Shown here: positions 11,594 through 24,771 of the stretch, piece after piece
How positions within the stretch are numbered: position 1 is the stretch's first letter
How the letters are laid out: every line of letters starts with the position of its first letter
DNA from: Geosiphon pyriformis uo1
Taxonomy: Eukaryota > Fungi > Glomeromycota
DNA length: 64,000 nucleotides
Reading direction: 5' to 3'
Assembly (NCBI GenBank): GCA_016748015.1
Contig: JAAOMT010000735.1
Location: 1 to 64,000, forward strand
Notes under the pieces: generated by a model
Databases searched by the model: none
Seen by the model: only the letters and a program-made list of their open reading frames with translations
Told to the model about the DNA's origin: nothing
Program-made: the position numbers and the translations under genes

Positions 11594-14500
11594 GTGGCAG
11601 AATCAGAAAGTATAGGAGCAAACCATTTAGGATTTGCAAAATCCTTATTTCAACACTACTGTCAACACTTGGGATTAAACCACAATCAGATATCAGCAGA
11701 ATCAGTCTTCAATTTCTATGTCAACAAAAGAATTGCTTATTTGTTAGAAACACCAGTAAATACTGAATTAGCGAGAGAAACTTTTTATCACAAATTAATC
11801 CAAAACACCAGCTTACCAACAAATTATAATTTTGCATCCATCATTACTAAAATTAATAAAGAAATTGAACATCATATACAACAAAGATACCCAATCACTT
11901 ATGTCAGTAAAAGCAAAGAAAAATTACAAACACTGGTAGTAACACCTCAATGAATCCAACCACCCACTTAGAAGAAACACAAAATTGTATTACCTACAAA
12001 TCCATCATATTATTATACTCTTGGAAGTGCCATCAATATTGTATCAGCAGGTGTGTTTACATTAAACGTAACATTAACATTTGGATGATTTCTATTCCAA
12101 AGTAAACAAAGGAAAAAAAATCTGTTAAGACTATACAGTGCATACTTTGAGGAATTCAAATCGAAATCACCAATGCCATTAGGAGTTCGATTACCACCAC
12201 TTCAACCAGACTTCGGAATTACTGATCTGTGGAAACCAACCGAATCAGAAAAAGAACAAGAAGAAAAAAAGGAAGAAGAAAAATCTGAAGATCAAGAATT
12301 CATTTACCAGAACCCAATTACTGAGAACCTAGATATAGAAATCCCAAATTTTCAGACTTAGCAAGATCAAAATCTAGAAAATCCAGAAATCGAAACTTTG
12401 CCAAATCAGAAGGACCAAAACCCCAACTTAATTAATCAACAAAACTTACCTCCAAATATCATCATTAATCAGCCACCAATTGAACTGATTATCAAACCAA
12501 TTCAACAGCAGCAAATACCCCTTCAACAGCCACCACTACAGCAACTTATCCAACAACTGGTTCAGCAACCACAACAACTGCTTCAACCACCAATACAACA
12601 ACAGCAACCAATTGCACCAATAGCTTTTACACCAATTGCAAAACTTGAGAAGTTCACTAGTGAAGAGGACAATGCTTAGGCATGGATCAATGACATCACC
12701 AAAGCCATTACTACAAACAATTGGAATGATGCAAAAACAATGCAAGTCATCCCATATTTCCTAAAGGATACTGCCAACTTATGGTATTATAGCTTGGCCC
12801 AGAAACCCCAAAATTTTAATGCATTTAAAACAGAATTTCTAAGATATTTCAGTGATAATAACAGCATCAACCACCTGGCAAGTATTTTCACCACCCTAAA
12901 GCAAGAGAACACAGAAGCAGTTACCACTTACTTGGGATGCTTCCACAGAAATCTGCGCCAAATCTAAGCTATCCAAACTGATTACTTTACAGTGCCACAA
13001 ATCTTAAATCAGTTTATCAGAGGCTTATGCAGTAGCATACTCCAACGAGTATGTCCGATGCATCCAGTAGACTTTTCTACTGCAGTTACTTATGCTAAAG
13101 ATTTTGAAGCTGCTGAGTTAGAAGCCAATCACATCCAAGCTATAAATTTAGTAATGAATGGATCATTTGACTTGGATTCTAAACTGAAACAATTTAGTGA
13201 TTTCATTAATCAGAAATTAGAAGGATACTTAGCTGACAATTGCCCAATTTATCAGCCTTTTCAATAACATAATAATCAGGAAAATGCAAATTGTTTCCAA
13301 AATTAGTCGCATCCATCATCATCAACAAATCAGCCATGGCAACAAGAAATGGGAATTTGCCACAACTGTAGTAAACAAGATCACTTTAAAGCCAATTGCT
13401 GTGCTTATAGTAATTCATAATCGGAAAATCAGTATCGGAATCCTGATTGCTGGTTCCCAACTCTAAATCATTACTCAAATCAAAATCAATATCAATCTAC
13501 TTACCTGCCAATAATGCCACTGCTAATCTATCAAACACCAGTATATCAACCTCAAATATATCAATCACAGCCACCTGTAATATATCAACTGCAGTTACAA
13601 ATAGTCTATCAACTACAACAATCAATTCAAATACTGCCACAAAATCCAGCTACAATAACATCCAGAAACCTCAGATCCAGAGTAACCCAAAACTGGAGAT
13701 TGGCAATGATAGTTCACTAACTGATTCCCAGTTCATCAAATTAACCATCAAAATCACACCAGCTGAGTTCAGGAACTGGATATAACCAAAACCCGAGTTC
13801 TTAGAACTACTTAAGTCTTCTGGTTACTCCAGAAGATGCTGCATTCAGCAAACAGAAAACCAACCAGAAGCCACTTATTTGCAACATTCCGCCAGCTGCC
13901 AGCACTGAAGACAAATCACTTACTGCCATATTCTTATTTGAACTTGAGGAAATCACATCAGTTCTATTATTCAGTGGAGCTGCTCTGAACACCAAACCAA
14001 TAACTGCAATGTATACTGATGCCAAAATCGATGGTTAGTATATCAAACTGATTTTGGATAGTAAATCAGCTGGCAGCATCATCACCAAACAACTTATGAA
14101 TCAATTAGGTCACCAAGTTGACAGAGCTGCCAGTGCAAGGATCATTACAGCCGATGAAGCAACCAAAACTCTTATTGGCGAAATTGACGACTTCTCTTTT
14201 AAAGTCAATGGCATCATAGTCTCTATCAAAGTTTTGGTGATGAAAGCCACTCAATACCAAGCACTAATTGATAATGACTGGCTCACTAAAGTAAATGTCA
14301 TACTTGATTGGACAATGCAAGAGCTCCAACTCAGCCAAAATGATCAACATACACGTGTACCAGCCATATGTGATCACTTCAAGACTATTAACACAATAGC
14401 ACCACTCATTGAGTTTGAAGAAGAAGAGAAAAAACCTACCTGGGAAGCTTATCAAGTCTCATGGGCTAATGACAATCACAATGAACTACTGCCAATACTC

Positions 14501-17500
14501 TCTTGGAATAACAACAACAATGAAAAAGAAAAACATACCTGGAGAACCACCATTAATGCTTGGATCAATAACAGCCAAAGTAAGTTGCTACTAACAATAA
14601 GCTGGAAGGAAAAAGGGAAAGAGAAGGAAAAAGAAGAAAACGTACTTGGAGAAATCGAACTCACAAAAGACACAACCAAAGGATGGACAAGCTCATACTC
14701 TGTTTACCAGCCACTATCACAGTCACCATTTATTTCACTTAAATGCAAAGACTGTGAAAAAAAACTCTCTTCTATGGGAGCATAGATTGTGCCAGATGAA
14801 GACTATTGGATGCAAACACATTATTATTGCAAACCATGCTATTGCGAATGCTATGGATATTCAAAGTGCCAAGGCAAGTAGGACAATGAACCATGTCTCA
14901 CTTGTGGCAAACAGCTACTTGACAAAGAGATGTGAAACAACATTTCTGGTCAAGAAGGAACATGCAACACTTCATGCCAGTACATGATTCTCATCAGTGA
15001 CTGGGTGAGTCATGGCATGTCCATAACAGCAGCTTAGCATAGAGCAATTAACTGATTGGATGGCTACTCACATGACAAAGATAAGATCTGGCGAATGGTA
15101 AATGCCAAAGTCCAAGAAGTCATATTCAGTAAAATTCTGGAAATTAAAAACAACCCATTTGAACAGGTTGACATCATTCTTATTCCAAATTCAGATGTCT
15201 TTCTTGACATAGAAACCAACCCAGAAGACTTCCATGAGCATTACCAAAACTTGGCACCCACAAGAAAGGAGCAGGAGCAGCAGCTAGCACAGCTAAACAC
15301 TTGACTATGTGACCACTGTTTGATCTTATATGACTTTCAATATTGTAATGAGTGTAACCTCATCTACAATTCACCACCATGAATGATCTACACAATTCCA
15401 GAGGAAATCAAATCAATCAGCAGCTGCACATTAGAATTGGAATCAATTTTCAATTTCAATTCAAACTCCGACAATGATGATAATGAAAACACCAGTTTTA
15501 GCTCCATTCAATATGGCAACAAAGATAACAGCGATTTGGATTCAGATCCAAACTCTAAAACATTTATAGCACTCCCTAACCTTACCAAGAAGCAGAAACT
15601 AAAATAGTTCAGCAACAATAATGAAGGTATCATGCCAGAACGTGCACATGATACTGATGCAGGGTTTGATCTGAGATATCCTGGAAAAGATGTCATCAAA
15701 TTGGAACCACATTTGTGCACTTGCATTGATCTGAAAATAGCACTGGAAATTCTAGCAACCACAATGGTTCAATTAGCATCTAAGAGTAGTCTAGCAAAAA
15801 AAGGAATCAACATCAAAGAAAGAATAATTGATGCAGAATATTTGGGAAATATCATTGCTATGCTACAAAATGATTCAGAAAAGATTTATGTAATAGAGCC
15901 AAATGAAAAGATAGTGCAAACAATATTCCTGCCTCTGATCAAAATAGCTCAGTTAGTGTCAGTAGGAAACAGAGAAGAATTAGGGATCACAGTTAGAAGG
16001 ATACAGGAATTTGGATTAATGGGTAGAGTAGATATACCAGTTAATATAGTGGAAGAAGAGATTATTGACAAGAGAGAAATTATCTCCACTAGTCAACCAA
16101 TTTCTATTTCATCATATGATCAGTATATGATAGTCATAGAAAGGAAAGTGAAGAATCAGAACCAGATTTTTGAGGCAAAAGCAGCACATTGTGAATCAGG
16201 AGAAATTGGACTCATCAATCTTCACATACCAGCCAGAAACTATAGCCGCATCAAAATTCCTATTTACAACAATACTGGAAAAGTTATAGAGATATCAGAA
16301 GAAGCCATCATAGGACATTTAACTACTGAAATAGAGGACCAACCACCAAACCCCATTCCAGACTTTCCACAGCTTTGTGAATATGTTAACATCACATTAC
16401 AAACAATATATAGACGAAATAAATGTTATTTGCTTCAACCAGAACAATTGGAACAAATGAACATAGGGAATCTAGACCCACTTCAATGCATGCAGCTGAA
16501 GATGTTGTTCAACAAGTTCAATGACATCTTCATCAGTAAGAATAAATTCGGCAGAACTGACATAATTCAACATCAAATCAAAACTGGAGATGCTATGTCA
16601 ATAAAACAATGAGCATACAGAGTACCACCCACCAGCCATAAAATCATTTGTCAAGAAATCAACTGAATGCTTGACAATGGGTTAATTCAGCCATCAATGA
16701 GCCCATAGTCATTACCAATAATACTCATCTGGAAAAAGAATGAGAAAATCTGCTTTTGCATGGACTACAGGAAGCTTAATAGAGTCATGTGTAAAGACAG
16801 CTATCCAACTCCATGAATTCAGGAATTATTTGATGCTTTTGGGGGAAACAAATGGTTCTCAACATTGGATTTAGATAGTGGTTATTGGCAAGTAGCCATG
16901 GATTCAGTGGACAAAGAAAAAACTGCATTTACAACACAGAAGAAAAATTTTGAATTCAAAGTGATGCCATTCAGCTTAACAAATGCTCCAGCCACATTCC
17001 AGTGGCTAATGAAAATAGTATATACTGGCTTATTGTGAAAATCAGTAGTTATTTATTTAGATAACACCAATGTGTTCTCTAAAACATTTGATGATCATTT
17101 GCATTATCTACAACAAGTGTTTAAAAGGCTATGACAAGCAGGGCTAAAGTTAAATGCCAATAAGTGCTTTTTTGGCAAGACAGAATTAAACTTTTTAGGG
17201 CACATAGTAAGCAAAGACGGCATTAAAATAGATCCAGAAAAGATAGAGATAGTCAAGAACTTTCCAGTACCAACCAATGTGACAGAGTTAAAGTTATTTT
17301 TGGAATTTGCAGACTATTATTGACACTTCATCAAAAACTTTCCAAGATAGCCCAACCACTCAATCATCTTCAAACCAAGAATGTGAAATACAAATAGACA
17401 GAAACACAACAAGAAGCTTTTGATATTCTAAGAAGAAAGCTTATACAAGCCCCAGTACTGATCTATTTAGATCACAATAAATCATTCATTATTACCACTG

Positions 17501-17856
17501 ATGTATCAGGCCAAGCATTGGGAGCAGTACTATCACAGAGAGGACTGGATAGAAGAAAACATCCAGTTGCATATGTCAGCCAAGATTTAACTCCAGCTGA
17601 AAGAAATTATGGAACACCAGAATTAGAACATTTAGCAATTTATTGAGCAGTCATAAAATAGAGTGAATACTTAAGCCAGAAGTTTGATGTATACACAGAC
17701 CACAAAGAATTAACAGCACTTCATAAACAGGAATTTGGAGATAGAAGACAATCAAGATAGAAAATGGCACTATCATCATATACTTACACTATACATTATA
17801 AAAAGGGAAAAGACAACGGAAATGCTAACAGTTTGTCACAAATGAGACAAATCTAA
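11594..17856 (+). pseudogene. Single-frame gag-PR-Cys-rich-dUTPase-RT-RNase H polyprotein of B
   Basis: ORF pieces at 11594, 12173, 12398, 12740, 12992, 13514, 14054, 15056, 15383 and 15632 are all in one frame; knuckle CHNCSKQDHFKANC; ILDSKSAGS; IYLDNTNV; ends ANSLSQMRQI*. Confidence 0.93.
15632..16025 (+). pseudogene. dUTPase domain within B polyprotein
   Basis: All five trimeric-dUTPase motifs recognisable: AGFDLR, ASKSSLA (RSS), IIDAEYLGNI (IDxGYxG), EKIVQ (KIAQ), RRIQEFGLMG (RGxxGFGSTG). Confidence 0.92.
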
Positions 17857-17917
17857 AAACATCTCAACATAAAAATATAACAAAACCAAAACAAACTCAA
17901 CAAAAATATAACAAAAG

Positions 17918-19300
17918 ATGAATATACAAAAATATTAACAACTACAACATTATATAAATACTCAACAGTTTAAGAAGAAATTATTTCAAAATAAGTGAAA
18001 TAATATCAAACAACAATCAAAACATTTTATCAATTATAAAAATATACTTTACTGGAAAAACAGAAGAAATCCAGATCAACCAATAAGAGTCATTACAGAA
18101 CCAGAAAAAGAGACAATATTATTCAACATGCATTCAAATCCAACAGCAGAACATTTTCATAAAGAAGCAACTATGGAAAAAACCAGAAAAAGATACTATT
18201 GACCATTAATGTATCCGGATATCATTTAATATGTTCAAAATTGTGATGCTTGTCAGAGAAGAGGTGGAACAAAATCCAATAAACCATTAAAACCAATCAA
18301 AGTGGAACAACTATTTGACTGTATCAGAATTGACTTAGTCGGACCATTAACAATCATTAGCAGAAGCAACAGATATATTGTAGTAGCTATGGACTATTTC
18401 ACAAAATAGCCAGAAGCAAAAGCCATTTAAAGAGCAGATGCAAAATTTATTGCCAAATTTGTTCATCAAGATTTGATTTGTTAACATGGATGTCCAAAAG
18501 AACTACTATCAGATCAAGGAACTTACTTTGTGAACAGAACATTAGCGGAATTAAGTCACCAATTCAAAATCAAAAGACCAGTATTATCACCATACCATTC
18601 ACAAACAAATGGTTTAGTTAAAAGATTTAATAGAACACTGTGTGAAGCAATTGCCAAAATCAGTCAAAAAAATTAAGAAGAATGGAATTTGTTTATACCA
18701 TCAGTATTATTTGCTTATTGGACAATAAAACAAGATACCACACAAGCAACACCATTTGAATTGCTATATGATAGAACAGCAATATTACCAGTTGAGATAG
18801 AGGTCAATACATATCTAACTGAACCAATAACAAAAGATAATTTCCAAGAAACCTTGTTGAAAAGAACATATAACTTAATGAAAACACTAGAAAACAGATG
18901 ACAAAAAGCAGCTGATAACATCCAAAAGTCACAAAAAAAACAAAAAAAAAGACATGATAATCAATTATCAGACAAACCAGTTGAATTCAAGATTGGAGAC
19001 AAAGTACTTTTACATTATACCAAAGTGGAAAAAAAATGGAATGGAAAATTTGACCTCAAATGAGATGGACCATTTCACATAGAAAAAATTCTAGGAAATG
19101 GAGCTTATAAATTAAGATGAAACAACAAAATCTTAGCCAAAGCAGTACATGGTGATCGACTAAAACCATATCACCAGATAGCATCATCATTTACCAATAT
19201 TATTTCACAATTGGGAGTACAAAGAATAACAGTTCAACTAGATGAGATTCCACAAGATCTGGAACCAATCATAATTATTGAACCAAACACATCAAATTGA
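17918..19300 (+). pseudogene. Stand-alone integrase ORF of B
   Basis: Own ATG 61 nt after the RNase H stop; HSNPTAEHF..CDAC zinc finger, IDLVGPL, SDQGT, QTNGLVKRFNRTL, GPF. Confidence 0.92.
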
Positions 19301-19356
19301 ACAACCAAAAAAGTAGTATAAAGATACAGTACACACAACAAAAGCAACCAAGAAAA

Positions 19357-19992
19357 ATGGAAATACCAGATCACATTCACACTATAGCTCAACAACTGTC
19401 TCAGACACTAAGTCAACAACAGTTAGACATGGAAATTGTCTTTAACAACAAAACAATTTGCTATCGAAACACAAAAAAAAAGACAAAGAATATATTATAT
19501 CAACGGCCACTAAAGAATAATAAAAACTGGACAGATAACTTAATAGAAAAAGTGAAGAACACTTTTGGGAAAATACCTATTATAGCATTAACAGAAGAAC
19601 TTACAAAAAAGAATTGGAAGCAATGAACAGAATAACTTTCAATATTATATTGTTACTACCAGCAAAATCGAAAGTTGAATATTCAGGAGTTGTATATCAA
19701 CAAATCCAAAAGAGTATTTAACCAAAACATAATACAGTAAATTGAAGAATTTAATGAGAAAAAAACAAACTTGACACTACATGTGAGAACAATTTATCAA
19801 CTGCACAATATATTTCAGAACTATCCAGAAATACTGTTATACTCTGACATGGAAATCATAACTATTAACCAATGGGGAATAATGGACAATACACAAGTAG
19901 AAAACGTGAAGAACAGAGTCAAACAAACAATACTTGAAAAAGAAGTATTAAAATTAATTCAAAACAAAAATTTTGATGGAGCTCAATATTAA
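19357..19992 (+). pseudogene. ORF3 of B (unknown, about 211 codons)
   Basis: MEIPDHIHTIAQQL...YCYYQ...NFDGAQY*; collinear with intact ORF 60896-61564; 3 internal stops. Confidence 0.85.
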
Positions 19993-20005
19993 AAGGAGAA
20001 AATAA

Positions 20006-20850
20006 TATTATTCATAAAAAGAAAACAGATATATAAAATAGCAGACCAATAAGAGAATAGTATTTAGCATGTGAGCACATTGTTCAGCAATGTGAAGCAA
20101 TATCAGAAATCATGGCACATTGCTCAACAATATGAAACAATATCAGAAAACACGGCACATTGCTTAGCAATGTAGAGCAATGTTAGAAAATTAGAGCACA
20201 TTGCTCAAGAAATCATACCACATCATTCAGAAATGTAAGCAATCTCGTAAAACATCAATTATGTATATATAGCAGTACCATTAAAAGTAAAAAAAACAGA
20301 ATTTTTTAGTTAGAAATCTCCCATTCACAAATATTGAATAAATAAATTATTTACCATCCAAATCTACTCTTCACTATCAACACTCCATGTTGATAGCAAT
20401 TGATATTTAACCACACTGGAACAATAGCTCTTGATTACAACTATTGACAGATACTAACTTGTGCATTGCCTTGGCTCATTTCTTTATGCTATTTCTTTTA
20501 TTTTCTTGTCTTAATTGTTGTTATTACTAACTCTATTGAGAATTAACGTGTGGATACTGACATCAGAATATAGTATTGGTAAAAGACTCAGAAATAAGGG
20601 TAGGACACTTGATTAAGGTTAGCTTATCAGGAGAAACACTGGCCATCACACTGAGAAAGAAATTGATGAAACTGTGGTTTCGGGAAGCTACAAATAAAAC
20701 TATTACCACTGAATCTCTGTCTATTATACAAAGAACTCAACCAAAACCTTCAAATAAAAACACTTTCAGATTGCCATTATTGACAACAGCCTTGAGCACC
20801 AAGTTATGAATTTGTTATTTACTCCAACAACCAAGAAAACACCTGTAACA
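20006..20850 (+). repeat. 3' LTR of B
   Basis: Direct repeat of 10785-11533 with extra U3 repeat units. Confidence 0.93.
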
Positions 20851-23800
20851 GCGGTCCTGTATAATCTCAACTAGCACTAACCAGATACCTGAATCAAGCT
20901 TCCTATCTCAGTCTCATAAAAGACCAGGATTTTGATAAATCTACACCTATGGAAGAGAAGAATGTAAAACAAATCTCCCAACTTTCCAAGCAAACAAAAA
21001 ACAATATTCCACCAGCCACTATTACCAAAAACACCATCTTAGCTGCCATATTTTTTTTTGACATTGATAATTTGAATACCCATAGCCTTTTTAATGGAGC
21101 AGCCATCAATCAGGATAAACCAATAATGGCCCTATACACTAATGCCAGAGTCGGAGGAATAGACATTAAATTAATCCTGAATAGCAAATTAGCTGGTAGC
21201 ATAATTACAAAGCAGCTTATGAACCAACTAGGTTGCCAAGTAGATCATACTGCTATTACCCAGATTATTACAACAAATGAAAACACAAAAACTCTAATAA
21301 GAGAAATTGACAACTTCCTCTTTGAGATTAATGGAATTCAAATCTCTACTAAGGTACTCATCATGAAAGCTACTCAATATCAAGCTCTGGTAGAAAATAA
21401 TTGGTTGTTAAAAACCAATACTATGTTTGACTGAAATACCCAAGAACTTTAACTTATGTTCAATAGACAGCATGTCTGAGTTCCAGCTACATGTGAACAC
21501 TTTAAAACCCAACATACTAAGGAATCCCTAATTAAATTCGAAGACACACCACTACCACCAACTATCGAGATCTATCAGGTTTCATGAACAGACAATTATC
21601 AAACTGAACTACCTCTACCACCAATCTGGAAAGAAAAAAGAAAAGGCAGAGCCAAAAAAAAACCCCAATTGTCATCACTAGAATACGTAATTTCAAACCA
21701 AAGAAATTTATTTTATCAATTTCCAAAACTAATATGTGTTGATTGTAGAAAGAAGCTATCCACAATGGGTGCATGTATTAGGGACAATGAAAAATGGCCC
21801 ACTGCCACCAAATACTACTGCAGACTTTGTGTACTGGAAAGATTTGGACAACCAAAATGACAAGGCAAGTGAGACAACACACTGTGTCTTACATGTGGCA
21901 AGATTCTGCCTAATGAAAAACTCTGGAATAATGTGCCTGGCAGAGGAAAAACATATGATAAGGCTTGTTAGTACACCATATTAATCAAAAATTGGGTACA
22001 AAAGGGAACCCCCATCAAGGACACTTGGAAATGAGCACTCAATAGGCTGGACAGTTATTCACACAATGATCACGAAATCTGGAGAATGACAAGCACCAAA
22101 GCTGAAGGTGTCATGCCCAAAGAAATACAAGAAATCAAGGACAACTCTTGGATGTCTGAATATAATAGACCTGACTACTCTGCAGATGATTTTTTTACAG
22201 ATAACCCTGATGCATTTCAAAACTGATATTAAGAATTGGCTCTGACCCGAGAAGAGCAAAAACAGCAGCTAGTTGATCTAAATACCAAACTATACAATCA
22301 CTGCTTAATTTCTTGCCATTTTTAATACTGCAACAAGTGTAATCTCATGTTCAACCCACCTCTTAGAATCCTATACCCGATCACTGAATTACCTAAGCCT
22401 AAGGAAAAAAAAAATTTACTTACCAAGGACATATTATTTCAAGAGTTAAATCAAACTACCAAATTAGAACAATACCTCACATATTCCGACCTCTCCAAAA
22501 AATTAGAATTAAAATGGTACAGTGACAATAACAAAGGAATATGCCCAGAAAGAGTGCATAAGACTAACACAGGTTTTGACTTAAGATACTCTGGACAATT
22601 ACCCATAGTTATAGTCCCATATTCCCTGGTAAAAATAGATCTCAAAATAGTGCTAGAAATTCCTGTTAGCACCATGGTACAAGTAGTGTTTAAATCAAGC
22701 CTTGCAAAAAAAAAATTGACATAAAAGAAGAAATTATTGATGCCAAATATATGAAAAACATTATCATGATGCTACAAAACAATTCAGACAAATTCTACAA
22801 GATTGAATCTCATGAAAAGATTGTCCAAGCTATCTTTCTATCTTTAGTCAAAATACCCCAATTAGTTTTGGTTACCACCTGAGAAAAATTAGGCCTTACT
22901 GTCTGAGGAATCAATGGATTTGGCTCAAGTAGAAGAGGGAACATAACAGTCAATTTTATGAAAGAGAATAGTGATTAGATAGAACTTATTTACACTGATA
23001 CTATTATTTCTATCTCTTCTTATTAGCAGTACATTCTCAAAGTTGACCAAAAGATTCAGAACTAAGCACTAGTTTTCGAGGCTGATCCTGAGATCTGCTC
23101 ACTAGCCAATGTTGCTAACCTGTACTTATCAGCCAAAGCTTATAAACACTTCAAAATTTGTATCCACAATCTGACTGAAGACATTATCAAAATTTCTGAG
23201 GAAACCCTTATTGGTTCCATATATTTAGATATTTAGAATCTAGAAAAACCCCAGCTCATTCCAGATTTTGCTCAATTGTTCTTGTTCTGTAATATTACCT
23301 CATAAGTATAAAACCTGCCAAAGAAAAGTTACTTGTTCATGTTAGAAAAAATCAATAAACTCAATCTGGAAAACCTGAGCACTTTATAGCAAATGCAACT
23401 TAAGATTCTATTAAACCAATACGCCAATGTCTTTGCCAGCAAAAATGAGTTTGGATGCACCAACATTGTGAAACACCAGATTGACACCAGAGATGCTCAA
23501 TCTATTAAGCAGCAAGCTTATCAAGTACTCCCATCTGGTGATAATCTGATTAAGCAGGAAGTACAATAAATGCTTAACAATGGACTGATTAAAGAATTAT
23601 TAAGCCTTTGGTTCTCTCCAGTGGTCTTAGTCACAAAAAAGAATGAGAAGGTATGATTCTGTGTAGATTACTGGAAATTAAACAGCATTACCCAAGGAGA
23701 TAGCTATTCCACTTCTCTTATCCAAGAAATTCTAGACAACTTAGGAAAGAAAAAATGGTTTTTGTCACTAGATCTAGCCAATAAATATTGGCAAGTCGAA

Positions 23801-24771
23801 ATGGACCCAAAAGACAAAGAGAAAATGACATTCACTATATAAAATGGAAATTTTGAATTCAACGTGATGTCTTTCAGACTGTACAATGCTTCTGCTATCT
23901 TCCAATGTCTTATGGATGTTGTGTATAAAGGAATCTTGTGGAAATCAGTCATAGTATACTTGGACAACACCAATGTTTTCTTGGAAACATTTGACGAACA
24001 TTTGCTCTACTTGCAACAAGTCTTTGAATGCTTTTGAAATACTAGATTGAAACTCAATCCTGATAAATACTTCTTCAGAAAAACTGAACTGAAATTCTTA
24101 AGACATGTGATTGGCAAGGATGGAATAAAACCCAACCTAGACAAAATCCAAAAGATCAAGGATTTTCTAGCCCCAATCAACCTATGAGAGCTATGAGGAT
24201 TTTTAGAATTGGCTGAATACTACTGCCAATTTGTCAAAGGATTTTCAACTATTGCAAAACTTTTTCATTACTTGTTGTTCAAATATGTGGCAAATCTGTG
24301 GAAAGAAGAGCAACAAAAAGTCTTCAATTATCTTAAACAGTAATTAATCACATCTCCAATACTGATCTATTCCAACTTCACTAAATGATTCATTGTCGCT
24401 ACAGATGCATCAAAAAAATGCACTAGGAGCTGTATTATCACAAATAGGACTGGACAGAAGAGAACATCCAATTGTCTATGCCAGTTACAGTACTAACCCA
24501 GCAGAAAAAATATATAGTGCAATAAATTTGAAATACTTTGCCATTTATTGGGCCATACAAACATGGAAACACTACCTCCAACAATTATTTGACCTATATA
24601 CCAATCATAAAAAACTTATCTGGTTACTCAATAACCCACAACTAAAAGGAAAATATGTTAGATGGAGTACTTATCTGCAACAATTCCCACTTAAAGTTTA
24701 TTACAAGGAAGGATCCACGAACACCAATGCCAACAGTTTGTCAAGGATACCACAAATCTAATCTCAAACCC

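Larger units (their letters stand above)
10785..20850 (+). mobile_element. Full-length Ty3/gypsy element B (10.07 kb), dUTPase-bearing, degenerate, nested in C
   Basis: LTRs 10785-11533 and 20006-20850; TSD GCAG/GCGG; PBS TGGTGCTCTCTGTGAGG 11536-11552; PPT AAAAGGAGAAAATAA before 20006. Confidence 0.96.
8902..24761 (+). pseudogene. gag-PR-Cys-rich-dUTPase-RT-RNase H polyprotein of C (interrupted by B at 10785-20850)
   Basis: Capsid from ATG 9703 (MAYQDITKL), knuckle CYYCQKSEHIVHNC, protease about 21130-21500, dUTPase about 22540-22940 (TGFDLRY, KSSLAKK, GFGSS), RT VYLDNTNV, ends ANSLSRIPQI*. Confidence 0.9.

Noticed and set aside
13447-13785. Long S/T/N-rich overlapping ORF suggesting a gag-pol frameshift in B
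   Set aside because: Gag and protease are already in the same frame; this is an alternative frame of a low-complexity Q/P-rich region.
20576-20809. 77-aa ORF inside the B 3' LTR
   Set aside because: TTG start, not intact in the 5' LTR, and a TAA after the PBS separates it from gag; no support for coding.
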